From assembly GCF_963921235.1 (NCBI RefSeq), contig NC_086097.1:38938001-39002000 (forward strand): DNA of 64,000 nt, given 5' to 3'. This DNA comes from Mobula hypostoma. Taxonomy: Eukaryota. Shown here piece by piece: positions 38,990 to 51,867 of this stretch. Positions within the stretch are counted from its first letter, which is position 1. Every line of letters starts with the position of its first letter. A program made the position numbers and the translations under genes. A model generated the notes under the pieces. It saw only the letters and a list, made by a program, of their open reading frames with translations. It searched no databases and was not told where the DNA came from.

Positions 38990-39690
38990 GCATTCAGTGT
39001 CAGCAAGACCAAGGGATTGATTGTGGACTTGAGGAAGGTGAAGTCAGGAGAATAAACACTAATCATCATTGAGGAGTCAGTAGTGATAAGGGTGAGCAGC
39101 TTCATGTTCCTGAGTGTGGGTATCTCAGGATTTATCCTTGGCTCGGCATATTAATGCAATCACAAAGAAGGCATGCCAGCAGCTCTACTTTATTAGGAGT
39201 TTGAGGGAATTCGGTATGTCATCAAATTTCTGCAGAAGTACAGTGGAGAGCAATCTGACTGGTTGCATCATCACCTGGCTTGGAGACTCCAGTGTACAAA
39301 ATAAAAAAAGGCTGCAGGGAGTTGTAGACTCGTCTTACTTCATCCCTAGCTAAGCCTCCCCACCATCGAGGACATCTTTAAAAGGCAGTGCCTCAAGAAG
39401 ACCACAACTATCATTACTGGCCTTCACCATCTACGATATGCACTCTTCTCATTACCAGCATCAGGGGAGGCACAGTAGCCTGAAGAACCACACTCAACAT
39501 TTCAGAAAGAGCTTCTTTCTCTCCAACATTTCATCACATTTCTGAATGGTCCAGGACCATTACTTCACAGTTTTTCTTTTGTTCTATCTAGCTATCTCAT
39601 AGTTGATTTTTTTTTTGTCTTGCACTTTACTGCTGCCACGAAACAACAGATTTCATGACTTATGCTAGATGTAATAAACCTTATTTTGAT
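38990..39690 (+). mobile_element. Rex1/Babar LINE 3' fragment
   Basis: HINAITKKACQQLYFIRSLREFGMS...VESNLTGCIITWLG and a 3' end AATAAACCTTATT. Confidence 0.7.
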
Positions 39691-39829
39691 TGACTATTTT
39701 CTCTCTCAGTATATCTTTAGGCCAATTATCCCTTGAACCCTGAAGGTTAAATTTTAGGTGATCTGTCTAGACCCCAATATTTTTCATCATACCATCCATC
39801 TCCTTTCTCATCTTCAGAGATGTAGATAA

Positions 39830-40217
39830 GGGAGCTAGGGCTTTACTCTTTGGAGAGAATGAGGATGAGAGGAGACATGATAGAGGTATACAAGATATTC
39901 AGAGGAATAGGTAGAGTAGATAGCCAGCACCTCTTCCCCAGGGCACCACTGCTCAATACAAGAGGACATGGCTTTAAGGTAAGGGGTGGGAAGTTCAAGG
40001 GGGATGTTAGAGGGAGGTTTTTTACTCAGAGTGGTTGGTGCGTGGAATGCACTGCCTGAGTCAGTGGTGGAGACATATACACTAGTGAAGTTTAAGAGAC
40101 TACTAGACAGGTATATGGAGGAATTTAAGGTGGGGGTTATATGAGAGGCAGGGTTTGAGGGTCGGCACAACATTGTGGGCCTAAGGGCCTGTATTGTGCT
40201 GTACTATTCTATGTTCT
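39830..40217 (+). mobile_element. CR1 3' end
   Basis: LERMRMRGDMIEVYKIFRGI...FFTQ followed by a TTCTATGTTCT tail. Confidence 0.85.
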
Positions 40218-40997
40218 ATCCCAGATAAGTGTCAAGTGGCTTATTTTGGTAAGTCAAATATGATGGCAGAATATAGTATTAATGGTAAGACTCTTGACAG
40301 GGTGGAGGATCAGAGGGATCTTGGGGTTCAAGTCTGGAGGACACTTAAAGCTGCTGCACAGGTTGACTGTGTGGTTAAGAAGGCATACATTGGCCTTCAT
40401 CAATCATGGGATTGAGTTCAAGAGCTGAGAGGTAATGTTGTAGCTATATAGGACCCTGGTCAGACCCCACTTGGAGTACTATGCTCATTTCTGGTCACTA
40501 CATTACAGGAAGGATGTGGAAACTGTAGAAATGGTGCAGAGGAGATTTACAAGGATGTTGTCTGGACTGGGGAGCATGCCTTATGAGAATAGGTTGAGTG
40601 AACTTGGCCTTTTCTCCTTGGAGCAACGGAGAATGAGAGGTGACCTGATAGACACGTATAAGATGATGAGAGACATTGATCATGTGGATAGTCAGAGGCT
40701 TTTCTGCAGGGCTGAAATGGCTAACACGACAGGGCACAGTTTTAAGGTGCTTAAAAGTAGGTACAGAGGAGATATCAGGGGTAAGTTTTTTTTTTACACA
40801 GAGTAGTGAGTGCATAGAATGGGCTGCTGGCGACGGTGGTGGAGGTGGATACAATAGGGTCTTTTAAGAAACTCCTGGATAGGTACGTGGAGCTTAGAAA
40901 AAAAGAGGGCTATGGGTAACCTGAGGTAATTTCTAAAGTAAGTACATGTTTGGCACAGCATTGTGGGCCGAAGGGCCACATTTTCTATGTTTCTATG
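40218..40997 (+). mobile_element. CR1 LINE, 3' segment continuing the 36381-38567 copy
   Basis: Begins PDKCQVAYFGKSN, the motif that follows MEF in CR1 RT, and ends with (TTTCTATG)2. Confidence 0.88.
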
Positions 40998-42606
40998 TAA
41001 GTACAAGGTCAGTTCTTTATTGTGCTTCAGTAAATAAGTCAACATGGAGCTTAGTGTCCTAACATATGCTATCTGCATATTATTGCTCCATGACTGAAAT
41101 AAGGGTAACATTGGTTCTGGAGTGACAGTTGCATAGATTGAACAGTTTTCCAATTGTCTTGTAGATTAGCTCCACTCCAGCAGGACACTGACGGTAAGGT
41201 CTTCACAGGAGCTAACTATGATCTGATTTATCTTTGCAGTTTTGATTTTTCTAGCTGTAGATTAAACTAATGGGATTAAATTTAGGCAGCAGTTTATCCC
41301 AGTAGTAATTGGTACCTGTGATGGTGCAGGTGCTTATTGAAATAACAGTCCAAGAGACTGGAATTAACAAAATCTGATTGGGAATGTAACTATGAGGTGT
41401 TGCATTTAACAATCCACTGAAATATAGTGCTGGTTATGACAACACTGTGCTCTTAAGTATTTTTGTCAGAAGGGAGTTCCATTAGCTTAAATCTCTGTCA
41501 CCTCATCTTCCTAGTTGCACCTTATCAGAGGATTTGCCTGGAAGTATGTTTTTTTTTCTTCAGATCTTTGAAGAAACTTGGCCCACATTCCAAAGTAGAG
41601 TCCTCTTTGGCCACAATTAGAGCTTTCAAGATTAGGGCAAATGCACTGATCACCTGCATGCTGGTTTCATAATGGAGTGAGCCAGATGGTCAGGAGGCAT
41701 TCACATATGTCATAGGTAGTTGCTGAGATGCCAGACATTTTTAACAGCAAGGTTAATCGCAAGAAGATTACTTTCTTTCCAGTTATCCTTCTGGAAAATG
41801 TGTGCATACTTCTTTCACCTACCTATTGCAAAAGATCAGCCTTAACTTTGGATCTCTCATTTTTGGCCTCACCTTTGGAACCGATGAGTTAGTTTTTGGA
41901 GCCATCTTCTCCACTTGTCAACTTTTTAAATGCCCTGCACCATTCATGACTAGGTATGGCAGGACTCCCAGAGTTTTGATCTGGGGTTTCTTGCATCAGA
42001 TTAGTCCATATTGATTTTGCTGTTTAACATGTATACATTGCTGTCTTATATCTTCACATGGTTAGTGTCTCATACTTTAGGTGCTCCTGTTTGTGTCATG
42101 CCTCTCTACCTTCTCATTGAGCCAGGGCTGATTCTTTGTTTTGATAGTAAGGATAGAGTGATGGCAGGTGCATCTGTGATAGATACATTGGCAATGACTA
42201 GGTTAGATAGGTATGTCCTTATTGGTTTAAGTATATGCTCAAGCCCAGTGTGACAGCTATGTCCATCAGATCTTGCTGAGTTTGTTCAGTTTTTCTGTTC
42301 TGGGTGATGAACATTCAAGAGATGCAGCTGCAGGACATCTCATGCTTTTGCTACTTTCAGTGATTTTTTTTTGTCCAAGTGTTCAAAGGCACATTGATTC
42401 ATCAGCTGAGGGAGGATGATAGGTGGTAGCTGTGTGCCTGTTTCCTGATTATAAAGCATATCTAAGTTAATTACTTTTAGACTTTGGAATTGTCCTTTTA
42501 TAATTTCTATGCATTTACATGACTTTCAATCCTGATTGTGATACTCTGTGAATTCAGCTTGATATGTTTCAGTAAAATAATTTGTGTACATTCTTTGTTT
42601 TAACAG

Positions 42607-42903
42607 TTCGTTCCAGTTTGTCTCTTTCCTGCAAAAATCACTCTCTCTACAGTCCTACCCCATTTGAATCTGCACAGTTTCCAATTTCCACTTCCAGCCA
42701 GGGATCTCATTACCTTCCATCTTTTCAATTGCCAACTGGAACTCGACTTAACGAGATCTCAGCACTCGAAGGATCCTCGAAGAAATCTCAAGAACAATGT
42801 GTTAATTTTTCAAACTCATGGCCCACAAAACACTTTGAAGGAGCTTCTAAGACCAATTCACGGAGGCTAACTAACCAACTATCTGAGGATTTGCTCACTC
42901 TTG
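42607..42903 (+). CDS. TOGARAM1: TOGARAM1 exon 4
   Basis: tttgttttaacag|TT...CTT G|gtaaat; 297 nt, phase 1 to 1; Ser-rich with NFSNSWPTKHFEG. Confidence 0.85.
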
Positions 42904-43213
42904 GTAAATAATTTTGAGTTTTATAAGTTTATTCTAAGTAGTACATCTAGAAAATAATTAGTGTTGTAGCTTTTAGAAATCTTGTATCATTCTTCTCTCA
43001 CCATTATGAAATCATAACATTTTGCCACATTGTTTCTTGTTAAACCCAACAGGATCTCTGCAAAAGCTGAATATTGCCAAAAAAAAGCCATTTATTATCA
43101 TCACATCGCTGTTTGTAGGAGATTGCTTTGAACAAATTGGCTGTCATGCTTCCCCATTGCAACAATGACTGCACTTTAGAAATTATTTATCATCCTATTT
43201 AATTAACGTAGGT

Positions 43214-46200
43214 CAGTGTTTCCCAACTTTTTTCAGCCCAACATTCCTCCCACGCCCCCCAAAGCACCTTCATACTTGCCAATGCCCCTCTTAGGCACAA
43301 TATACTTTCTGGCACCCCCATAGTGTAAAAACATGTCTAACATGAGGAAAATGATTCTGCTTTAAATTTTTTATTTGTCTTTAAATCTAGCTTACACAGT
43401 ACCTGTGCACTGTAGAGCAGCTTCAATATCAATGTGAACTTTGAGCTTGATCATTTTTAGCAAGAGTTGAAATATCTGGTTCAAGTTGTGACCACCAAAA
43501 CCCTTAAGTCTCCACACATAACAATGTCCAAGCGGTTTCTGGTTTTATTTTTGTGAGTACAGGTTTCCCCCGCCATCCGAAGGTAAAGCGTTCCTATGAA
43601 ACAGTTTGTAAACCGGAATGTTGTAAAGTGAAGAAGCAATTACCATTTATTTATATGGGAAAATTTTGTGAGCGTTCGCAGACCCAAAAATAACCTAACA
43701 AATCATGCCAAATAGCACATAAAACCTAAAATAACAGTAACATATAGTAAAAGCAGGAATGATATGATAAATACACAGTCTGTATAAAGTAGAAATACTT
43801 TACCACAATCATTGCCAGCACTGTTCTCCGTACCGAAAATCTCACACAAGCGCTCTCGGCAGAAAATCTCACGCAAGCGCTGTTGGCAAAAACACTCTCT
43901 CCTGTAACCTTTAAGCTATGAAGCTGCCAAATCATACCAAATAACACATAAAAATACACAGCCGATATAAAGTAGAAATAATTATATGTACAGTGTAGTA
44001 TCACTTACGGGAATCGGGAAGACAGCGAGCACACTGATGATGGTGTGTTAGACTGAGTCGTCGGAGTTTGGGTGGTGCAGTGGCCCCCACCCTCCGGGCA
44101 GCGACTGATACCGATCCGCGAAACGTGCAGGGGTACAACGGTAGCTAGGAGGCACACCGCACATCTTTAAGAAAAAAGCCGAAATAAACAAGCGAATTAA
44201 TAGGTGCTGCCCGGCACGTAAATGTCGGCCCAGATCATCTGTCAGATGCCAAAACCTCTTCAACATCATGTTCGTCAGCTTCCACAAGCCAAACTCACTC
44301 TGTCCTTACTTCGTTCACCACGATCGAAATGCTTAATTATGTCTAGTTTTACGCCGTGTAACACCCCTACAAGCTCTTCCAGGCTTTTCCGATACCTTAG
44401 AACTCATCTTGCTAATGGCTGCTCACACGCACATGTTTAAGCAATGCCGGCTGGAATGCATTGCTTCTAGGGGGAGAGCGGCTGCTCGGGGCACGCGCTG
44501 CTTTTTTTCGCATGCTGCCTTTCTTCGTAACAGTGAAAATACTTTCTGTTAGCGAAAACAGGGAACTAATGTAGGTCTTTCATAACAGTGAGGTTTCGTA
44601 AAGCGAACGTTCGAAAAGTGGGGGACAGCTGTATGTGGTTCACTACATTGAAGCCTCTTTCAACCAGGTAGGAGGATGGAAATGCAATGAAGAGCACTTT
44701 GGCTCTTCTCCAAAGACCAGGAAATTTCATTTGACAGTGTAGCCACATACCACAAAAGCCAACATTTTTGAAAAGCATTTTTTGCGTTTTCATTCTGAAT
44801 TTCAGTAATTTCTTCTTGCAAGCTTTCTTCCTGTTCTTCCACCTTGCAAAGAAATGGGTTAATTACCCAGTCTGGAATTTCAGATCATTCAAATCCTTGA
44901 ATCGATTCTGAAAATCCTTCTTCAGTAGCTACAGGTATAGCAGTATTCTTACAAATCACTCTGTGAAAGAAAGAGAGTGCCATACTTTCCATGCATGGAA
45001 ACTGTTGAGAACATTCTTCTCTCAATGTTTTGCTTATATTTTTCTACTTTTCTGATAAAAGTGGACACTGCACTTTTTGCCTGGATTAAATTGAAATTCT
45101 CACTCTGCAGTTTCATGTTTAGAATATTCATTTCTTCATACAGATCAGCTAGGTATACCACATCTCTGTGTAGAAATTCGGTCTTGTTTCACAAGTTCTT
45201 GTCAACTTTGAGCAAAAATTCAACCGCAGTGTCAAAAAGATCAAAGACATTTAAACAGCAGCCTTTTGAAAGCCAATGCACTTCAGTGTAAAGAAGTAAA
45301 TATTCAAACTCTTCATCATTATCTTGGCGTAACTGGCGAAATATTCTGCTAATTAATGGATGAGCTTTAATTTTGTTGATAGCAGATATTACATGCAAGA
45401 GTCATGCTTGAAAAAAGTTGCTGGCTGATGTTTTTAGCTGTGAGATGTTGATGATGAATGACGCAATAGATTGCAAATAGATTTAGAATTTCTTTTTTCA
45501 GAAATGCCACTAAACCAGCATAGAAATCTGTCATATGGTGCTCCAGCTTTTGCACAAGAAATCATATTCCTAATCGGAATATTTTTATCCTCAATATGCA
45601 TTTTGATCTCGTCATAGATTGATTCTCCATTGATACTTGTTTTCAACTTTTTACGAAAGAGAAACTCTTCATATAACTTTTACATTTTTGATAAACCATA
45701 CATATGCCATTAGCAATGCCTTGTTGTCTCACACAATTGACTCATCCAGTTGTATCCCAAATTCTATTTTTGTAGCTCTGTACAAGTTGATACTTAATGT
45801 CTTCACTCATTTTGTCAATACAACAAGCTACAGAGTTATTACTTGGAGCACTTCTGATAGAGTAGACATTATCAATCTTTCACCAGTTGTATGAGATTTT
45901 TCACAATTTGCTATCATTTTGAAGCAATGAAACAACTATCAAGTCATTTTGGCAAATAACTCGAGTGTGCAATGCTTTTCAAATACTCCTTTCATCTACT
46001 GGAACTGAGTTATACCACAAGTAGCCTTTTCAGGATGTCTTTTACGGAAGTGTTCATGCAATCTTGATGGTTTCATGGCTTCATTAAACAGTACAGGATT
46101 ACAAATAAGACACATGCAGCATTGTTGATCTGACTGGAACGGAGTAAAAACATGCTCCAGGTATGTAACTCCAGGTAACATTGTATTGGCGCACTTTCTG

Positions 46201-47120
46201 TAGTTTCTGTTTCTCAGCAGGATTAAAATTCAAGGCTTCGCAGCCTTCATACTCATAGAGATCATGCCATATGTATTTATCTATCATTAACGTGGCTAAA
46301 TTAAAATAAAAAATTAACACAAACTGGGAATACCTATCGGATGTTGACGATGCCAGCGAGTTGACGCCAGTGGAATGATGATAGCGTGACACAAAGGAAT
46401 GCCGAAGTGAAGATGGAGTCAATCACAACAACAAAAATTGCATTGACAAGGATTCAGATTTCAATCTGAATGTTTGTGGGACAGAGCTGGTGTTTGGCAT
46501 GCTACCTTTATACTATTCCAGTTAGCACGTTTGACCAATCATGTAAGGCCTGATAATTCCCAAGGATGGTTCTTGACTGCGCGTATGAAGCCGAGATCAC
46601 TTTGAACACCTCAAGGAATCCTCTGGGTCGGCAGGTTCACTGATTGGTTCTATTTTACCATTATGTTCCGGTCAGCGCTGTGTCATTACATGACCTGTTT
46701 TCCGTAGATAAAGTTGAGAGGGTGTACTTGACTTACCAACTGTTAAATTGCACAAACTCATTCCATGTCATGAGTCAGGGGGAACTGTTGGGCACCCTAG
46801 TTGCTAATTTATGCATCCCCAATAACGTCTGTCTGGTTAGTAAGGTTGGATGAGATTGTCGAGTTTCAGATGCATTGTGATGGCAGGAGCTGATCGCCTG
46901 CAGAGCTATGGTTCTTCCTGTGTTTCAGTGCCTCATCCTTTTTGTTTGGGAAGTGCCTGGTATACTAACGGTCGATCAGGTATCATGCCTGAAGTTAGGG
47001 TGCTGCTTACCGGCCCTCCCCCTCCCCCCCCAACAAACAAGGAATCTTGAATGCCCCTGATGACTTCTATTTCCCCTAATGCCCACTTAGGACTCATAAC
47101 CGCCCCGTTGAGAATCACTG
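43214..47120 (-). mobile_element. Full-span hAT transposon of the Buster/Charlie family, decayed transposase
   Basis: TIRs CAGTGTTTCCCAAC / GTTGAGAATCACTG with an 8-bp NNNTANNN TSD ACGTAGGT / CCCTAGGT. Minus-strand motifs CLICNPVLFNEAMKPSRL..H, CVIHHQHL, YTEVHWLSKG, YLADLYEEMN and FPSSYLVERGF. Confidence 0.9.
43560..44631 (-). mobile_element. Tigger/pogo non-autonomous element nested in the hAT
   Basis: TA|CAGGTTTCCCCCGC...GTGGGGGACAGCTG|TA. Same family as 1-1817. Confidence 0.88.
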
Positions 47121-48201
47121 CCCTAGGTTTTCTTAAATCTTTTTTAATCCCACTAAGTCATAAATTTATGTTCTCTAATTATTAACTCGTGTAATATAAA
47201 TAACTTCTTCCAGCTTATTTTCATGTAGTGAGCAAAGAAGCAATAACGGTGATAACAGTATAACGGTACTCCTTGTGCATTTTATCAGCGAGCAGTCACA
47301 TTAAATTACTAGCTCAACTTTTGCAAAAGTCTAATTTCAGCTATAAAGATTTTTAGGTTTAAAGTAACTGTGCTGTGAATTCTAATTTTAAGAAAATGGT
47401 TGTTTTGGAATATTTTTGTGCTCTTTATCATGTGAGATGATTTTAAGCAAGGAATAAGACAATGTCATGTTATCCACTGATTTACTTTTTCTTAAACAGA
47501 CCAGATCTTGATGACAAAGGATAGTTAAATAACCAGCAGTGAGTTCACATTTCAATACAGACACTCAATCACCAGTGTTCTACTTCAGCTAATAGATTCA
47601 AATCTTGTCAATTTACTTCACTGGTAGATCCTACGTGGAATCTAACAATGGAGTCCAGTCTTACTGAGAATATTGGAACTTGCAGGTCAGGCTTGTACAA
47701 TCCTTTTGATATTGCTGGGCAATTAATTTGAAAGCAAAGTGAGGAGGAGGATTAATTATTTGCTTTCTGTTAAATAAAGTTTTTGATTATTTCTGTGTTT
47801 TTAACAATTCTGAATCTGAAATAAATAGCTTAATTGAAAGTGGGTAGGGCTATGTCATTGGAGCATCAGTGATGTTATGCTGTCATTGAATTCATGCTGG
47901 AAATTGTTTTGGGCCAGCAAGATTTTTGGTCCTCCATATCTGACCAGGTAATTATGGTAGGTGGTCTGCCTACACAATCACACCCTTGAAAAATCAGACA
48001 AAATTCTTATCCAATGATTGCTCTCTGAAAGCTGAAACCCGTTTGTATTAGTCATTTGCAAATGATATACTGTAAGTAGTTAAAGGATCCAAAAAGGTAT
48101 TTCTAGATTCATTACCTATTATTTTCTTATAAGATATCGAAATCTTTTGGTTTTAGTATTATATATGTTGTGCATATTTATTTAAATGTGTGATTATGCA
48201 G

Positions 48202-48482
48202 GAGATGTCTCGCAAGAAAATCGTTCTCCTATATCGCTCAAACCCGCACTGGTGCGCTCAGCGTCGTCTCGGAGAGATCTTAACACTACAAAGCCTGTTC
48301 CTCCCATTCCGAGGGGTACAAGTCCAATGGTTGAAGCAGAAGTAACTGATTATGATAATAAAAAAGAAACAAGTAGAGCAGAATCTAAAGAGGTGTGGGA
48401 GAAAGAGAAGAACATTGACAACAATCTGGAATTGAATCTTTCCTTGTTGGATAACAATGAAGAGGAAACTGATCATGAAGAA
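48202..48482 (+). CDS. TOGARAM1: TOGARAM1 exon 5
   Basis: atgcag|GA...GAA GAA|gttagt; 281 nt, phase 1 to 0; ISLKPALVRSASSRR...KPVPPIPRG. Confidence 0.9.
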
Positions 48483-48999
48483 GTTAGTGTACATTTGCGT
48501 TTTTTTTTTAAGTGATTTTTTTTTCTCCATCTAAAGACACAGATTATAGCTTTCAATGCTAACATCTGAAGCATGGAAATTGCTATTTAGGTTTATTTTG
48601 AAACATTGGCAAAGAATTTCTTTGCTGTTCAAAAGCTGTTAAATTGGCAAATATGAGAGCAACTCTGTATCAGATGATTTATATCAATATCGATTTCAGA
48701 AAGGAGCAATGGGTATATTTGCTGTGGCCTTTGAGTAACATTTTAATATATACCCTGTATTAGTACTGGCAAACATCCTTAACCAAATATTCTTACCAAA
48801 GAACTGTGCCACCAAATTCCCATGTACTTTAAGGAATACTGATGAGTACCAAGTAGATTTGCATTTCACAGTGCTCGAAACAGTTGTTAGAATTATCACG
48901 TCAATACATTGAGTCAGAAACTTTAAAGTTCACAGGCAATTAGAGATGTAGTTTCAAAATCTATGGTGACAATTCAATACAACATTTATGTAATACTGG

Positions 49000-49283
49000 T
49001 TGGTCATGTTAGTGGTTAGCACAAAGCTTTGCAGTACGAGCAACCCAGGTTCAATACCCACCACTGTCTCTGTAAGGAGTTTGTACATTCTCTCTGTGAC
49101 TGCATAGGTTTCTTATGGGTGCTCCAGTTTCCTCCCACAGTGTAAAGATGTACTAGTTGGTAGCTTAATTGGTCATTGTAAATTGCCCGTGATTAGGCTA
49201 GGGTTATATCGTGGGTTGCTGTGCAACACGGCTCGTTGGGCCAGAAGGGTCTATTCTGCATGCATCTCAATAAATAAATAAAT
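49000..49283 (+). mobile_element. tRNA-derived SINE (HE1/V-SINE-like)
   Basis: A-box TAGTGGTTAGC, B-box GGTTCAATACC, core GGTGCTCCAGTTTCCTCCCACAG and an (AAAT)n tail. Confidence 0.75.
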
Positions 49284-49991
49284 TTTAGATATGTGAGGGA
49301 CTTGCTGATCGTAATGTCATTGATTATCAAGGGAATGTTTAGACTCTCTTGAAGATGCTTATTACATGTAATCTTTTGCCCTAAAGTATTACTTGACACA
49401 TTCATACAAGCAACAAACACTATGCAAACTAAACCCACTTTCCAGTTCTTTATACGTTGTCTTGTAGATCATTAATTAGACTGCTTTATTTGCTGAGGAG
49501 TTGCAAATGGAGCTGAATGTTTTATAGTGAACTGCCATTCCCTCTTCAGATCTTATGATGGAAGGAAAGACATTGCTAAAGCAGCTAAAGGTGGCTGGAC
49601 CTAGGACACCGTGTGAAAGGCTCCTGTGGTGATATTCTGAGGCTGACATAATTGTCCTCCAAAAAGTACAACCACCAGTGCAAGGAATGATTCTAATCAT
49701 CAGTGCTTCCCTCTTGTTTCCCTCTGTATTCAGTCTTCTAGTTCTTTGTTGTTACATTGATAAATGTTGCCATGATGTCAATCATAGTCACTGTTTCGTC
49801 ACCTTTGGAGTTCAGCTCTTTGATCCATTTTTGGACCAAGGCTGGGATGAGGTCTCGATGTGAGTAATGCTAGCAAAACCTAGCCAAGGTACTGACAAGT
49901 GGGTTGGTTATGCGTAATTATTGAATGATAGCACTATCAGTGGTTCCTTCCTTGACTTTGCAGATAATTGATATATCTGCATTTCTTGCAG

Positions 49992-50215
49992 ATGATGAGT
50001 GCCCTAAGGTCACTAAGAAACAGTGCGGCAAAGAAAAGGGCCAAACTGAGCAATGGTGTATCTGATATTGAGAGTCCAGATTCCACCCTCAAACTGGAAC
50101 TTGGCTTGGATTCCACATCGCCTACTTCATCTCCTCATACAAGCACTTACAGTGAAAGTGACACTTGCAGCCAGGATTCTTTGATTTCTCCATTGCCTTG
50201 TAGCAAGAAAATAAT
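49992..50215 (+). CDS. TOGARAM1: TOGARAM1 exon 6
   Basis: tttcttgcag|ATG...ATA AT|gtaagt; 224 nt, phase 0 to 2; LRSLRNSAAKKRAKLS. Confidence 0.92.
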
Positions 50216-50270
50216 GTAAGTATTGAGCATTGGCATTATTCAGTATTACTGAGTTCTGTGTCTATAATTA

Positions 50271-50912
50271 GGGGAGGAGAAGATGGCAGCGCGACGCAGT
50301 GCGTGCGGCCGCTCCGGAATGATATCGGTATTTGTTAAGTAGGTACTGTGCACAATCCTGATTTGATGAAGGCAGACGTGAGAAGCACGGAGGAACGTCT
50401 GGAGAAACTTCTGAAATGCCCGCTTCGTTGCTGCTGCTACTGTGCAATTGAGAATCTCCGGAGGGGAATGCCCCAAATCCTCGGCTTTGCCTATTGTGGG
50501 GCCGGGGTCGAAGCGCTCGGTGTCGGAGGGCTGGTCGGAGGCTCGAAGTTTTCGGACGGACTCAAGAGTCGGCTGTGGTCAGGTGCTTCCAGGGTGCTGC
50601 ATCGGCAAGTTTGTGGCTCTGGAGGTTCATGGCAGGGAGAGTTTTTCTTCCTTCTACCGTCTGCGTGAGATGATGGGATTTTCGAGAGACTTTGAGACTT
50701 TTTTTTACTGTGCCCATGGTCTGTTCTTTATCAAATTATGGTACTGCTTTGCACTATTGTAACTACATGTTATAATTATGTGGTTTTTGTCAGTTTTTCA
50801 GCCTTGGTTTGTCTTGTGTTTCTGTGATATCTGGAGGAACATTGTATCATTTCTTAATGCATGCATTACTAAATGACAATAAAAGAGGACTGCATGTCCC
50901 CATAATCTAATC
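50271..50912 (+). mobile_element. Non-autonomous retroposon with a GC-rich head and a Rex1-like (AATCT)n tail
   Basis: Starts GGGGAGGAGAAGATGGCAGCGCG and ends AATGACAATAAAAG...AATCTAATC, with TAATTA on both flanks. CpG-rich relative to the surrounding intron. Confidence 0.6.
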
Positions 50913-51112
50913 TAATTAAACTGTAGTAATGCAACCCAAATCCATACATGCTTCAGAGATGGTTCATTTTATTTTATGAAAATTATTGATTTCTGAAACA
51001 TTGCATAAAGTGGTAAATGCTTTCCTGATGTATTTTACCATTTCATTTCACTCTTAACCCTTATTTTCTACATTCCTTCATTAGTTTTGCTCTTTATGGA
51101 GATGGCTGAAAA

Positions 51113-51360
51113 GCACAATAGCGTAGTGGTTAGCGCAATGCTTTACAGTACCAGTGACCCAGGTTCAATTCCTGCCACTGTCTGTAAGGAGTTTGTACGT
51201 TTTCCATGTGACTGCATGGGTTTCCTCCCACAGTTTAGAGACCTACTGGTTGGTAGGTTAGTTGGTAAATTGTCCCATGATTACGCTAGGGTTAAATCAG
51301 GTGTTTCTGGGCTACCTGGCTAGAAGGGCCTACTCTGCACTATATCTCAATAAATAAAAT
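51113..51360 (+). mobile_element. tRNA-derived SINE (same family as 49000)
   Basis: GTAGTGGTTAGC...GGTTCAATTCC...GGTTTCCTCCCACAG...CTCAATAAATAAA. Confidence 0.75.
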
Positions 51361-51772
51361 TTGGTGATGTGGCTGATATAATTTAGACTGCTGGCAGATC
51401 TGGGAAGAACTCACTCCAGATATTTTTTTGTATGATTATAGTTTGTACACAGTAATCTCAAAAGAACATGATCTAAAAACTGCATTCGCAAAGCTATCCA
51501 TACTTTGAGAATAATTTTACTCAATCCTAAAGTACTTAGAGAAGTTTTTAAAATGTATTCATCTTATTGCTATAATTTCCCTTAATTTCTTATCTTTTTA
51601 TATGTTTTTAATTTTAGTTCACTTATCTTTTCTAAATTTTAATTGGACAAATAATCATCCACCTGGCCTAACATTTTGTTTTTAACTTGGACAAATAATG
51701 CTTAATTATAGCTTAAATGTTTTCATTGATCTTTTAAATTTCTTGATTTGATGTTTGTTTTAATTTCTACAG

Positions 51773-51867
51773 TTCTGATGGGTGTGTAGAGGTAGGATCT
51801 AAAGCCTGCCATGGTCGAATGCCATCAGAAAAGTCCAAGTCTTCAGGTGAATACAATTCCAGCTCAG
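51773..51867 (+). CDS. TOGARAM1: TOGARAM1 exon 7
   Basis: ttttaatttctacag|T TCT GAT...TCA G|gtactg; 95 nt, phase 2 to 1, which bridges exons 6 and 8. An alternative in-frame donor lies after 51846. Confidence 0.75.

Noticed and set aside
47490..47700. Possible extra exon after the acceptor-like ttttcttaaacag
   Set aside because: The phase-1 frame meets a stop quickly, and exons 4 and 5 already join in frame.
49000..49070. tRNA-like A and B boxes (also at about 51113)
   Set aside because: They are followed by a SINE core and tail and are degenerate, so they are SINE heads rather than tRNA genes.
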